This document shows, piece after piece, positions 46,977 through 55,118 of a stretch of 64,000 nucleotides of DNA. A program made the position numbers and the translations under genes. The stretch spans positions 32,001 through 96,000 of the IMG/VR virus record IMGVR_UViG_3300032308_002010. One strand, written 5' to 3'. The stretch is from a virus. Each line of letters starts with the position of its first letter. The first letter of the stretch is position 1. The notes below the pieces were generated by a model that was given only the letters and a program-made list of their open reading frames with translations, was not told the origin of the DNA and searched no databases.

Positions 46977-48002
46977 CTAGATCCGACCGCGCGCGCCGTA
47001 ACTGCGCAGCTTTTTCGGGGGCCAGCCGTTCACGCCAGAAATCGCCACCATGTAACGATTTTTGATATCAGACCACTTAGCCCAGAAAGCGCCAACAGGA
47101 ATATCAACGACAGTCCCAAAAATACGGCGGCTTCCGGCATTCCACGCACCCCAGCTGTTTTGGACCAATACAAGCGGCTCGCCATAAAGTTTTTTAATCT
47201 CGTCGCGGTCGTCTACGCCAAGGTAGGCGAGCGCGTGCGCCCAAGAACCTTTACGTTTACTTACGCCGTTTAAATCACGCTCCGACGAAAATCCCTCGCT
47301 CCCGCAGCTACTCACGCAGTAACCATTGGCGAGAAGATCGCGTAGCGCCTCGTACTCTTCGATCTCGGTGATCGTCTGGACGAGGTGCAACTTACCAACC
47401 TCGCGCCACGCGTCCGGCGGCGTTTTTGAGCCGTATATGCCGGCGTTGCGCGATGAGTACTGCGTAAAATCAACGCCAATCTCGTCATACTTCTTGCGCA
47501 ACCACAAGCCGCTGTCGTTGAGCATAACTTGCGCGGCTTCGGCGCAGCTCCAGCCGTCCCCGCCGTGGCGGCGCCAATTGTAAATCGCTTCAGTACTCAG
47601 CACACCGTTGAGCCGCGCAGTGTCGCTTACTTCCGGGGCGCCCTCAAGCCGATTACTATTCGGGTCAGGGAGGCCGCTGGTAATCTCGCAGCACATTGTG
47701 CCGAGTGCCGCGTTTCGGCTCGACCAACTTACGCAATCACCGCGACCTTGGGCTCCACCCGGAAGGCAATCCGGGTAGAGCTTCAAGATCTCTAGCACTG
47801 GAAGACTTAACTTTCCTTTTCCTGTTTCTTCCAGTGAATATTCCGAGCACGCCATGGCGCCATCGGGGATGCCGCCAGCGGCTTTAATTTGATCGCGGAG
47901 CGCTTCAGCGGCTTCTGGGTTGCCATACGCCCCCACAAAACCCTTTTCATACGCTGCCACAACGTCATAGACGTTTTCAAAAAATTGCTCGGTGTCGGCC
48001 AT
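46977..48002 (-). CDS. Papain-like (C1-type) cysteine peptidase
   Basis: QGRGDCVSW (Gln/Cys), WAHAL (His), QNSWG (Asn). Confidence 0.8.
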   Translation of the reverse strand: MADTEQFFENVYDVVAAYEKGFVGAYGNPEAAEALRDQIKAAGGIPDGAMACSEYSLEETGKGKLSLPVLEILKLYPDCLPGGAQGRGDCVSWSSRNAALGTMCCEITSGLPDPNSNRLEGAPEVSDTARLNGVLSTEAIYNWRRHGGDGWSCAEAAQVMLNDSGLWLRKKYDEIGVDFTQYSSRNAGIYGSKTPPDAWREVGKLHLVQTITEIEEYEALRDLLANGYCVSSCGSEGFSSERDLNGVSKRKGSWAHALAYLGVDDRDEIKKLYGEPLVLVQNSWGAWNAGSRRIFGTVVDIPVGAFWAKWSDIKNRYMVAISGVNGWPPKKLRSYGARGRI

Positions 48003-48020
48003 TGTATTCTCCTGCTTAAA

Positions 48021-48347
48021 TCAAGCGGTCGGCTCTTCGCCCTTGGTTTCACTCACGAGTGTCACGCCCAGCGAACCGGGCTGCGCCGGCGGCAGCGTGT
48101 CTTCTGCAACAAACGTCAGCGCGGCAGGCTCGGAGCGGTTGCCGGCGTCGTCGATGTCGACCACACGTAGCTCCACAGACGAACCCTGCTCAACTAAAAC
48201 GTCACCTAACTCAGTTGCCGACGGCTCGTAAGCACGAACCTCGCGAGCAGCTTCGGCGCCGTTTACGTACACCGACAGCTCGCGTGTTACTACGTCAACG
48301 TCAACAACCGGACCAACCGAAACACGATACGTCAAAATATCAGCCAT
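48021..48347 (-). CDS. Small FN3/Ig-like beta-sandwich protein
   Basis: LRVVDIDDAGNRSEPA pattern; ATG 48347 after AGGAG. Confidence 0.5.
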   Translation of the reverse strand: MADILTYRVSVGPVVDVDVVTRELSVYVNGAEAAREVRAYEPSATELGDVLVEQGSSVELRVVDIDDAGNRSEPAALTFVAEDTLPPAQPGSLGVTLVSETKGEEPTA

Positions 48348-48477
48348 AGTATTTAAACTCCTAATTTGAAACACTTTTAAACCTGTTGGCGACAGCGGCG
48401 GCGCAAAAAAATGCGCCATAACTATCAACAACCAAAAAACCAAGCACAGTAAAACAACAGCTGCTTCAGCGCCCATG

Positions 48478-48930
48478 TTATTTAGCCGCTACCACCGAAC
48501 TTGCAACGATGTCGCACGCCTCTCCGAGTTTTTTCAGCGTTTCCGGGTTACCGGGCATCACGTCATCGGTTCCAACTGCCGTCTGAAACACGCGCTCAAT
48601 TGCAACGTCCAGCCCGGGGTACTTGTTCACCTGCTCGATTGCCAAATCTAACGTGCGGCCGTGCAGCTCTTCCCACTTCTCTGTCGTCGTGATGCGGTCG
48701 GGCGCTGTCGGGCGTTGAAGTACTGTTTTCAAAGATGTGTATACGTCGTAGATCCGTGCGCGATCAGCAGCAGTGCCGCCGGTCAGCAGTTTGACGATCT
48801 CAGCGTCTGTTGCCGCGTCGGCGATAACGGGACGAACAGCCGGTTTATTAAACACCGGCAGCGTCGGACCGTTTGGAAAAACTAACGACGTTAAAAGCAG
48901 TAAACCGGCGACCCAAACAAGCTTTTTCAT
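48478..48930 (-). CDS. Signal-peptide-bearing (exported/membrane) protein
   Basis: MKKLVWVAGLLLLTSLV N-terminus; ATGA overlap with the upstream gene. Confidence 0.55.
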   Translation of the reverse strand: MKKLVWVAGLLLLTSLVFPNGPTLPVFNKPAVRPVIADAATDAEIVKLLTGGTAADRARIYDVYTSLKTVLQRPTAPDRITTTEKWEELHGRTLDLAIEQVNKYPGLDVAIERVFQTAVGTDDVMPGNPETLKKLGEACDIVASSVVAAK

Positions 48931-49205
48931 ACAACACCCTTTGACGGTTGTTCGTACTCCACGATCACGCGCAATAAAGACGTGCAAGCATCTACGCCAC
49001 TTTGGCAACCCTCAGCCGCCAATTTATCGCGCAGCTTGGTAACGGCAAGGATGTCGTCCACAAGCGGAACGGCAATAGACTCCTGCACAATCGGACCGCC
49101 GACAACAGCCGACGCGCCGCGAAGTCTGGCAAGAATTTCATTGCGATAAGTTACCGCAAGCAAAGCTACAAACAGCGCGCTGCTTACTAATTGAAATGTA
49201 GTCAT
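48927..49205 (-). CDS. Small membrane protein
   Basis: 92 aa with an N-terminal TM helix; GGAG SD. Confidence 0.55.
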   Translation of the reverse strand: MTTFQLVSSALFVALLAVTYRNEILARLRGASAVVGGPIVQESIAVPLVDDILAVTKLRDKLAAEGCQSGVDACTSLLRVIVEYEQPSKGVV

Positions 49206-49240
49206 AGGTTCTCCAGTTTGAGTCAGGAAAAGTTATTTTA

Positions 49241-50068
49241 TCACGTTTGCGGAACGAGCACATACGGGCGGCCGTTAATTATCAGTGTACCGCCGACGTT
49301 AATGCCGGCGTCTTTGGTGAGTGGATACGCTTTCGTGCGTTTGCCATACAGCTTGATAATTTCTGCGATGTCGCCTTCTTGCGGCTTTGTGACGTTTGGG
49401 TCGTAGTAAGGCGCCATCAGATTGCCGGCATTCAAATGCGGCAAACCCAGCGCGTGCCCTAGTTCATGGCAGATGACGGCCACCGCCATGTTGAAGCTCC
49501 AGTCCTCAGCTTCGTCAAACATCTGATCGAGCTGGACGTTTTCTGCAACACCGCACGGCAGCTCACTCCACGCTAGCGTACCGCCTTTGTTATCTAAACC
49601 GCTTTTTTTGCCGGCACCTGACCGCGCATAGATGTTTGCTTTTTTATGCGTTTCAACTCGCACCGGATCAATAGCGCAAACTTCGGCCCACTGAGAAAAC
49701 GCAATGTCGTAAGCCTCGGCGACTTGCGCGTTGGTTAAGCCGGGCAGATGCAGCTCGTGATAGTACGAGATGTTCGGCATCGGCCATTTGCACGGGTCGC
49801 CGTCAGGTGAGGTGATATTGAAGTCGGGCAGACCGCAGCGATGACGATTAATACGATGCGCTGTTTTTGGGCCGACTGTACCGGTCGGATTTAGGCCGTT
49901 GAACTCCTGAAACGTACGAACCGCTTTCTGCAGCTCGGCGCCTTTGATTTTCTTGACTTGCGCCAGCGTTTTGTCGCCGAAATACCCCAGCACGTGGAGC
50001 CGACGTAGAATCTCGCTAATTGGCAAGACATGGGCCGTACTTGGTTGTTTCGCTGGCTTCCGTGCCAT
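49241..50068 (-). CDS. Peptidoglycan-binding domain + matrixin (M10-like) zinc metallopeptidase
   Basis: KAVRTFQEFNGLNPTGTVGPKT (PG_binding_1-like), RCGLPD (cysteine switch), HELGHALGLPH and LMAPYY (metzincin Met-turn). Confidence 0.85.
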   Translation of the reverse strand: MARKPAKQPSTAHVLPISEILRRLHVLGYFGDKTLAQVKKIKGAELQKAVRTFQEFNGLNPTGTVGPKTAHRINRHRCGLPDFNITSPDGDPCKWPMPNISYYHELHLPGLTNAQVAEAYDIAFSQWAEVCAIDPVRVETHKKANIYARSGAGKKSGLDNKGGTLAWSELPCGVAENVQLDQMFDEAEDWSFNMAVAVICHELGHALGLPHLNAGNLMAPYYDPNVTKPQEGDIAEIIKLYGKRTKAYPLTKDAGINVGGTLIINGRPYVLVPQT

Positions 50069-50088
50069 AATGCGCGTCCCTGCAAAGG

Positions 50089-50493
50089 CTATTGCGCGGC
50101 CGCCAACTCCATGAGCCCTGCTGCTGCCGCGTCGTCGATTGTATCACTTAGCGTGTAGACGGCGCCAACGACAGGGTTATCTCGCGTATATTCGACGCCT
50201 GTTTTTTCGCAGTGGTCGCGCCACACGTTATTTAAACGGCGCCGTAAACGCATCAATTTACGCGGCGGGAGTGTTCGTAACTCGCGCATGGCTTCTTGAA
50301 TTTTTTCTTCGCTGTTCTGTTCTCGGCAATGAATGATCACCTGCACAATGATCGAAATGATCATGACGATAGTGAGCGGATCAAATTGATACGAGTTGTT
50401 ACCCTGAGCGACAAGCTCATCCGTGAGCCTGTCTCTCAGGGCTGCCAGCGCAGGCGACTCGTTCACACGGCGCTGCAGTTCTTCGTTAGTCAT
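50089..50493 (-). CDS. Membrane protein
   Basis: 134 aa with a single TM helix, FDPLTIVMIISIIVQVIIHC. Confidence 0.5.
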   Translation of the reverse strand: MTNEELQRRVNESPALAALRDRLTDELVAQGNNSYQFDPLTIVMIISIIVQVIIHCREQNSEEKIQEAMRELRTLPPRKLMRLRRRLNNVWRDHCEKTGVEYTRDNPVVGAVYTLSDTIDDAAAAGLMELAAAQ

Positions 50494-50864
50494 TAGTTTA
50501 CCGTCCGTTCAGCGCGCATTTTCTCGACGGCAACTGCTTCCATGTAGTGATAGCGTGACTCGATCATCTTCGCACGAATCTGCGTACGGCCGCTGAGATA
50601 CTTCCAGATGAGCGCGCTGTTGACAACAATAATCTGGGTCGCGCCAAGAACAGCAGTGATTGACTTTGTTAGCGTTTCGGCTTGCGAGTAATCAATCCAG
50701 CCAATGAGCGCGGCCACTGTCACAAGGTTCCCGACAGCGCCAAGCGCCATCGTCCAAAACTCGGGTGTCAGCCAGCTGTTGGGATCGACGGTGGTGTCGT
50801 CTACGGCAGAGTTTAAAACACGCAGCTCTTCTCGAACCGTATCAATGCTTTTTTTTGTAGCCAT
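50493..50864 (-). CDS. Holin-like membrane protein
   Basis: SWLTPEFWTMALGAVG followed by two hydrophobic helices; AAGGAG SD before ATG 50864. Confidence 0.5.
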   Translation of the reverse strand: MATKKSIDTVREELRVLNSAVDDTTVDPNSWLTPEFWTMALGAVGNLVTVAALIGWIDYSQAETLTKSITAVLGATQIIVVNSALIWKYLSGRTQIRAKMIESRYHYMEAVAVEKMRAERTVN

Positions 50865-50927
50865 TACGTTCTCCTTGTAACAAAGTGATTTGTATTTTAT
50901 CGCGCACCGTAAGACGCGCAAGACTGT

Positions 50928-51944
50928 TTAGCGCCCGAAAAGGCTCGGGACAACGGCGTGCATCATCCCGCCCCACAACCCCATGTCTTGTAATTTAGCC
51001 TGCCCGGCCGGGGTCAAACCAGCCATGGCCGACAACGCCTTACCAGCCACGGTAGCTGTAGCTAACCCGACACCAGCTGACGCAATCCCACGCACAACAT
51101 CAATTGGACGAATAATCGGCGAGCGCATGTTAGTGCTAATGCCGCTCATTAACCCGGTAGTCGCGGCCGCAAACTGCGGCGGCGTGTGGTTTTGAAAACC
51201 GCGATACATGCCCATATTCACGTCCTGCCACGCGGCGTTATTAAACTGCGGCACAAAAACAGTCGGCGCAAACATTGGGTTCGGCGCGCCAAACGAAGAC
51301 TTTTTACGCAGCTGCTCTTCATACGGATACACGACCGGCGTTTTGTTATTTGTCAGCAACCCGCGCAGCATGCTCGTGCGCAGCGCCTTCGAGTTGGCGT
51401 ACGAGTTTAAACCGGCCACACCGACTCCGCTTAGTGCGCCCATCAATCCAAGCGTGCGGCGCAGTTTGCCGCGCTCTAAATAGCGCTCGGGAAAAAACTG
51501 CTCAGCTAGCGTGCCGGCGCCGTAGCCCACCCCGCCAGCCAACAAACCAGTCATGATGCCGTTAGATAGCGGCGTCGGGCCGCCCAGCATTGCGTTGCCG
51601 GTGTTCCATACTGTCGGTAGGCCCGGCACCAAAGAACCGCGCTTTACCAAAATTTCTTCATTCCAGTCTGGCTGAACCTCGTCGTATAAAACGCTGGCTA
51701 AACCGCGTTCGCCGTCATAGATAGCCTGCTCGTAAACCGCGTACGCCTGCTTGTCGATCGGCCCAGCTGAATACAACGTAATTGCGTTGGTTTCGGGCCT
51801 CCACGTGGCGGCAGTGGTGGCCAAGATACCGGCTTTGAGCGCCGCTTGTTCATGCGCCACTTTTGTCCGTACTGCCGCCGGCAGAAGCGTTGTCACGCGT
51901 TCTGGAACAGTCTGCCACTCGTATAGTGTGGTCGCGGATTCCAT
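50928..51944 (-). CDS. Putative internal virion protein with Gly-rich hydrophobic helices
   Basis: 338 aa; VKRGS then GLLAGGVGYGAG, GALSGVG, GIASAGVG segments. Confidence 0.5.
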   Translation of the reverse strand: MESATTLYEWQTVPERVTTLLPAAVRTKVAHEQAALKAGILATTAATWRPETNAITLYSAGPIDKQAYAVYEQAIYDGERGLASVLYDEVQPDWNEEILVKRGSLVPGLPTVWNTGNAMLGGPTPLSNGIMTGLLAGGVGYGAGTLAEQFFPERYLERGKLRRTLGLMGALSGVGVAGLNSYANSKALRTSMLRGLLTNNKTPVVYPYEEQLRKKSSFGAPNPMFAPTVFVPQFNNAAWQDVNMGMYRGFQNHTPPQFAAATTGLMSGISTNMRSPIIRPIDVVRGIASAGVGLATATVAGKALSAMAGLTPAGQAKLQDMGLWGGMMHAVVPSLFGR

Positions 51945-51947
51945 TGT

Positions 51948-52217
51948 TTACCGATTAAGCGCAAATAAGAATTTTACAAACACTAACAACCACGCCAAAA
52001 AACCGCTGATAGCAAAAAAAACAACAACCCCGCTGGCGCCGACAGCGCGACCCAGCTTTTCAATTGGAATGTCTTTCAGCAATCGCCACGCCTTGAGATA
52101 ATCAACGGCGGCCGGCGGACTTGTCGGCGTCGCTGGGGTCGGCGCCGGGTCTGGGTTAGTCGGCTTCTTTTTGCGCCATAAAAACGAATTCAAACTATCG
52201 AGGAGCGAGTTTGCCAT
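51948..52217 (-). CDS. Small membrane protein
   Basis: About 89 aa from MANSLL; C-terminal TM helix. Confidence 0.45.
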   Translation of the reverse strand: MANSLLDSLNSFLWRKKKPTNPDPAPTPATPTSPPAAVDYLKAWRLLKDIPIEKLGRAVGASGVVVFFAISGFLAWLLVFVKFLFALNR

Positions 52218-53661
52218 TTGGTTTCCCCCAGTTTTGAATCGTGTCAAAGATATCATTGCCGTAAAGCTGCGTAGCTTTGTCAAACGTGTTCATTCGCGGT
52301 AGCGTTCCAAGCGCGGCAGCTTGCGCCATCTGATAGCGATAATTTGGATCAAGCGCTGTGCGGTAAATATGCGATTTTTGTCGCGCGGCCAGAATAAAGT
52401 CACCGCGCTGTTTGGCCTTCAACAAGTGATCAGTAACGTTTGCAAACACCGGCTTGTTGTGGTCGTAAACAAACGGCGTACGAAAATCGAGCAGGTTACG
52501 AAACTGCTGCGCGTATACGCTGCCGGTCGCCGCTTTGACCTGCGAGCTAATCACACCGCCGGGAGCATGAAACCGAAACTTTGTCGGCGCGTGTGTGATG
52601 CCTTTGTATTTTGGCTTTGGGTCATCTACGTGCCAGTCTTGCGGCGATTGCGCAATCAGTCGCCGCAGGATTTCGTGCTTGCGGTCATACTCGCGGCGAT
52701 CAGAGTGCGTTTTTGCCGCACGTAGCTCGTCGAGGATGTTGGGTTTCTTTGCCTTGGGCTGTGCTTCTGCGCCCTTCTCTATTTCTTTGATTTTTTCGTA
52801 GTACTGCGGATCTTCGGACAGGTGATCCTTGGCAATTTCTTTGGCAACTTGATCGTCTCTTGTGTGCTCGTGCTCATGTTTAGCTCCTTCGGCTAAAGCA
52901 GGTTCAGAAAAGTCCCGATCGGGTAAATTATCGCCCGCGCCACCCTGTAACAAGTCTTTTTTTACCGTGCGGGAAAGATTTTCGTCCCGGTCGGGTATAT
53001 TGCTGGCGGCTTTGAGTTCTCCCCTACTGACGGGGTTACTAAACCTATGCCCTTCGGCGCTTTCGGCAGGGGTTTCGTAACCCTTGGCTTTGCCGTTATC
53101 GAGCAGTACGCCTTTTCGGCGCGCAGCGACTGTGATGTGAAACGGATGGTCGTCGTTCTGGAGCGCCGATAAACCGTAACTCTTGCGCAGTGCTGATAGG
53201 GCCGGGCTACTTATTTGAATCGCCCAGACTTTGCTTACGCCGTCAACGTTTTTGACGTCAATCTCTTTCAGCCCGCCCAACGTGTAGCCAAACATGTGGC
53301 CGCGCTCATTGATCTTGTCGGCACCGATAGCTGCTACTTCATCGGCATTCATGACCGATATATGCGCATTAACGATGTGAGACTCGACGTTTGGGACGTT
53401 GAACACACCAGCTGTTGGAAGCTCTGCACCCGGCTCGACTAGCGCGTCAAATACGCCGCGCACAAGGGCGTTCGGTACAGATAACAAAAGCCAGCCGGAT
53501 TTGGCGAGGTAGAGGCGGCCGGCAAGGGGATAACTCGTCGCGGCTTGCTTGTTACCGCCGCGGTAAAGCCAACCGAGCGCGTTGCCGGCTGAATAGGCCG
53601 GATGCTCGCGGAAATACTGCGGGTCCCAAGCGAGCGGGTCGAGTGCTGAGAGGCTGTCCAT
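52195..53661 (-). CDS. Multidomain protein: 2H phosphoesterase domain + DUF5661-like domain + unknown modules
   Basis: Two H-x-(S/T)-V motifs (AHISV, FHITV); EGAKHEHEHTRDDQVAKEIAKDHLSEDPQYY is DUF5661-like; modules separated by KQA, KAA, KGA, KAA. Confidence 0.7.
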   Translation of the reverse strand: MDSLSALDPLAWDPQYFREHPAYSAGNALGWLYRGGNKQAATSYPLAGRLYLAKSGWLLLSVPNALVRGVFDALVEPGAELPTAGVFNVPNVESHIVNAHISVMNADEVAAIGADKINERGHMFGYTLGGLKEIDVKNVDGVSKVWAIQISSPALSALRKSYGLSALQNDDHPFHITVAARRKGVLLDNGKAKGYETPAESAEGHRFSNPVSRGELKAASNIPDRDENLSRTVKKDLLQGGAGDNLPDRDFSEPALAEGAKHEHEHTRDDQVAKEIAKDHLSEDPQYYEKIKEIEKGAEAQPKAKKPNILDELRAAKTHSDRREYDRKHEILRRLIAQSPQDWHVDDPKPKYKGITHAPTKFRFHAPGGVISSQVKAATGSVYAQQFRNLLDFRTPFVYDHNKPVFANVTDHLLKAKQRGDFILAARQKSHIYRTALDPNYRYQMAQAAALGTLPRMNTFDKATQLYGNDIFDTIQNWGKPNGKLAPR

Positions 53662-53675
53662 AGCGCGCTTTCAAA

Positions 53676-53747
53676 CTGCCTGAGTAGGACTCGAACCTAC
53701 AACCCCAGCATTAACAGTGCCGTGCACTACCATTGTGCTATCAGGCA
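53676..53747 (-). tRNA. trnN: tRNA-Asn(GUU), CCA not encoded
   Basis: UGCCUGA/UCAGGCA acceptor, GCAC/GUGC D stem, CGGCA-CUGUUAA-UGCUG anticodon arm, GUAGG-UUCGAGU-CCUAC T arm, G discriminator. Confidence 0.92.
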
Positions 53748-53754
53748 AATGATG

Positions 53755-53904
53755 TCACGGGGTCGCGCTAATATTTGGTGTCGGGATGCTTCCCACTGCG
53801 TGATGTGATACCGCAGCCGACGCAGACGCCAACAGCAGCAGGCAAAACACGGCGGAAGCGCCCCACGCGGCTACGCTCAATTGTTTACGGACGGTCATTG
53901 TCAT
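53755..53904 (-). CDS. Possible small hydrophobic peptide
   Basis: 49 aa MTMTVRKQLSVAAWGASAVFCLLLL..., overlapping the end of the holin-like gene. Confidence 0.3.
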   Translation of the reverse strand: MTMTVRKQLSVAAWGASAVFCLLLLASASAAVSHHAVGSIPTPNISATP

Positions 53905-54241
53905 GTTCGTGCTCCAGTTTTTGATCACGCTCGTGCACAATGGTTACTTTGATGCCGGCCCCTGCCAATAGCGATATTGCCAGATCCGTTAAAGTTGAAC
54001 CGCCCATACCTGCTAGCACGCAAATGCCGATCAGGCCGTGGACGTTTTCTGCTTTCCGATAGTTTTGATACCAAATCAGGGCAATGGCGAGGCCGAGAAA
54101 CCCGGCGTTCAGCATGGCACTGACCACAGCTAGTTTAGACAGTTTCTTGGCAAACCGCAAAAGCGTTGCCAGCCCGGCAAACGCCGCCGCACCAAATGCG
54201 CTAGAAAGCACCGACAACGAATGTAATGTTTCGTCGCCCAT
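53885..54241 (-). CDS. Holin-like multi-TM membrane protein
   Basis: 118 aa with three to four hydrophobic helices and a charged C-terminus. Confidence 0.5.
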   Translation of the reverse strand: MGDETLHSLSVLSSAFGAAAFAGLATLLRFAKKLSKLAVVSAMLNAGFLGLAIALIWYQNYRKAENVHGLIGICVLAGMGGSTLTDLAISLLAGAGIKVTIVHERDQKLEHEHDNDRP

Positions 54242-54274
54242 GATTTATAACCGCCTGTCATTGTTAGTGTTATA

Positions 54275-54502
54275 AATTGTGTCAAAAGCCCCTGCGATCC
54301 CCTGTCCGCAGGACCTATCACAGCCGAAGCTGTGATTCTGCAGCAACTTTCAAGGACATATTTTCGTCCCGTGTGGCATTTGCTGCTCCTCCGCCCGTGA
54401 GCCCGACAAAATCTGACCACGGAACCTGTAACCCCCGCGGCATCCCTGCCTTAGAAGCTACGCCTAACCAGCCGACCACCACGGCTAACTTTTGACACAA
54501 TT
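54275..54502 (-). ncRNA. Candidate 228-nt structured ncRNA (RNA1)
   Basis: Intergenic; perfect 14-bp closing helix (54275-54288/54489-54502), C(UUCG)G-capped 8-bp hairpin, GGC-AGGGAU-GCC hairpin and further helices; G-U pairs favour the minus strand. Confidence 0.65.
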
Positions 54503-54578
54503 ACAGTTTAACATGTTCTACGCAGCACAAGAGCATGCCGAATAAAACCGCCGCGACAAATTGTCAAAGAACGCGCAG

Positions 54579-55031
54579 TTAAATGTAGCTCGCGGGAGAA
54601 TTACTGCACAGACCAGCTGGCTCAAATTTCTCGACCCAGCCCGGCAACGTTTCTGGGAGAAACGCAATTGCCCGCGGCGCCAACTCGTGCGGGGCGGGCG
54701 TCCAAATAAATTGCGCGCTTGTCAGTGTGGGAGTAGCGCTGTCAAAAAGCGCATGCGCGCCTACATTGCACAGCGCGTCGAGCGTTTCGCAGTCAAAGCA
54801 GCGCGACCAGACACGCTGCTTAGAGAAAAACCCCGGCGGAGCAATGTTGAACCCGCCGTCAAAAGGCAGTAAAAAACTACCCTGATGAAACACGACGTTT
54901 ACGCACACGTGCCAGCCGGCGTCTAACGTAGCTTTGAGATAAGCCAGCCGATTTTCTTTCTCTGGCTGCGACCCGTGAATGTTACCAAGATTGGCAATTA
55001 AAATACCGTCAAATCGAGTGTGCCGCGCCAT
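54579..55031 (-). CDS. Glycerophosphodiester phosphodiesterase-like protein, catalytic residues degenerate
   Basis: ILIANLGNIHG...ENRLAYLKATLDAGWHV aligns by eye to IAHRGN...ENT..YI..AL..GYDVEID. Confidence 0.5.
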   Translation of the reverse strand: MARHTRFDGILIANLGNIHGSQPEKENRLAYLKATLDAGWHVCVNVVFHQGSFLLPFDGGFNIAPPGFFSKQRVWSRCFDCETLDALCNVGAHALFDSATPTLTSAQFIWTPAPHELAPRAIAFLPETLPGWVEKFEPAGLCSNSPASYI

Positions 55032-55118
55032 ACCTGCTTCCCTGACTTGTTAACAACTGCCACGTTTTTGTATGTGGCGTATCGTACCCGTGACCACGAT
55101 GTGTGTCCACGAGAAGCG

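Noticed and set aside
54340-54440. Resemblance of RNA1 to the c-di-GMP-I riboswitch, hammerhead or pistol ribozymes, SRP RNA or a group I intron
   Set aside because: Only isolated words match (GGGACG, GCGGGGGUUAC, GGUUAGG, AGCAG). Their order or the required cores (CUGAUGA, P7) are missing.
54479-54490. 12-nt identity to a 16S rRNA helix-18 segment (CCACGGCTAACT)
   Set aside because: Too short, with no flanking rRNA similarity; most likely coincidence.
54275-54502. RNA1 as a MITE with 14-bp terminal inverted repeats
   Set aside because: No target-site duplication, no second copy or transposase in the window, and the internal UUCG/GGGA hairpins fit RNA structure better.
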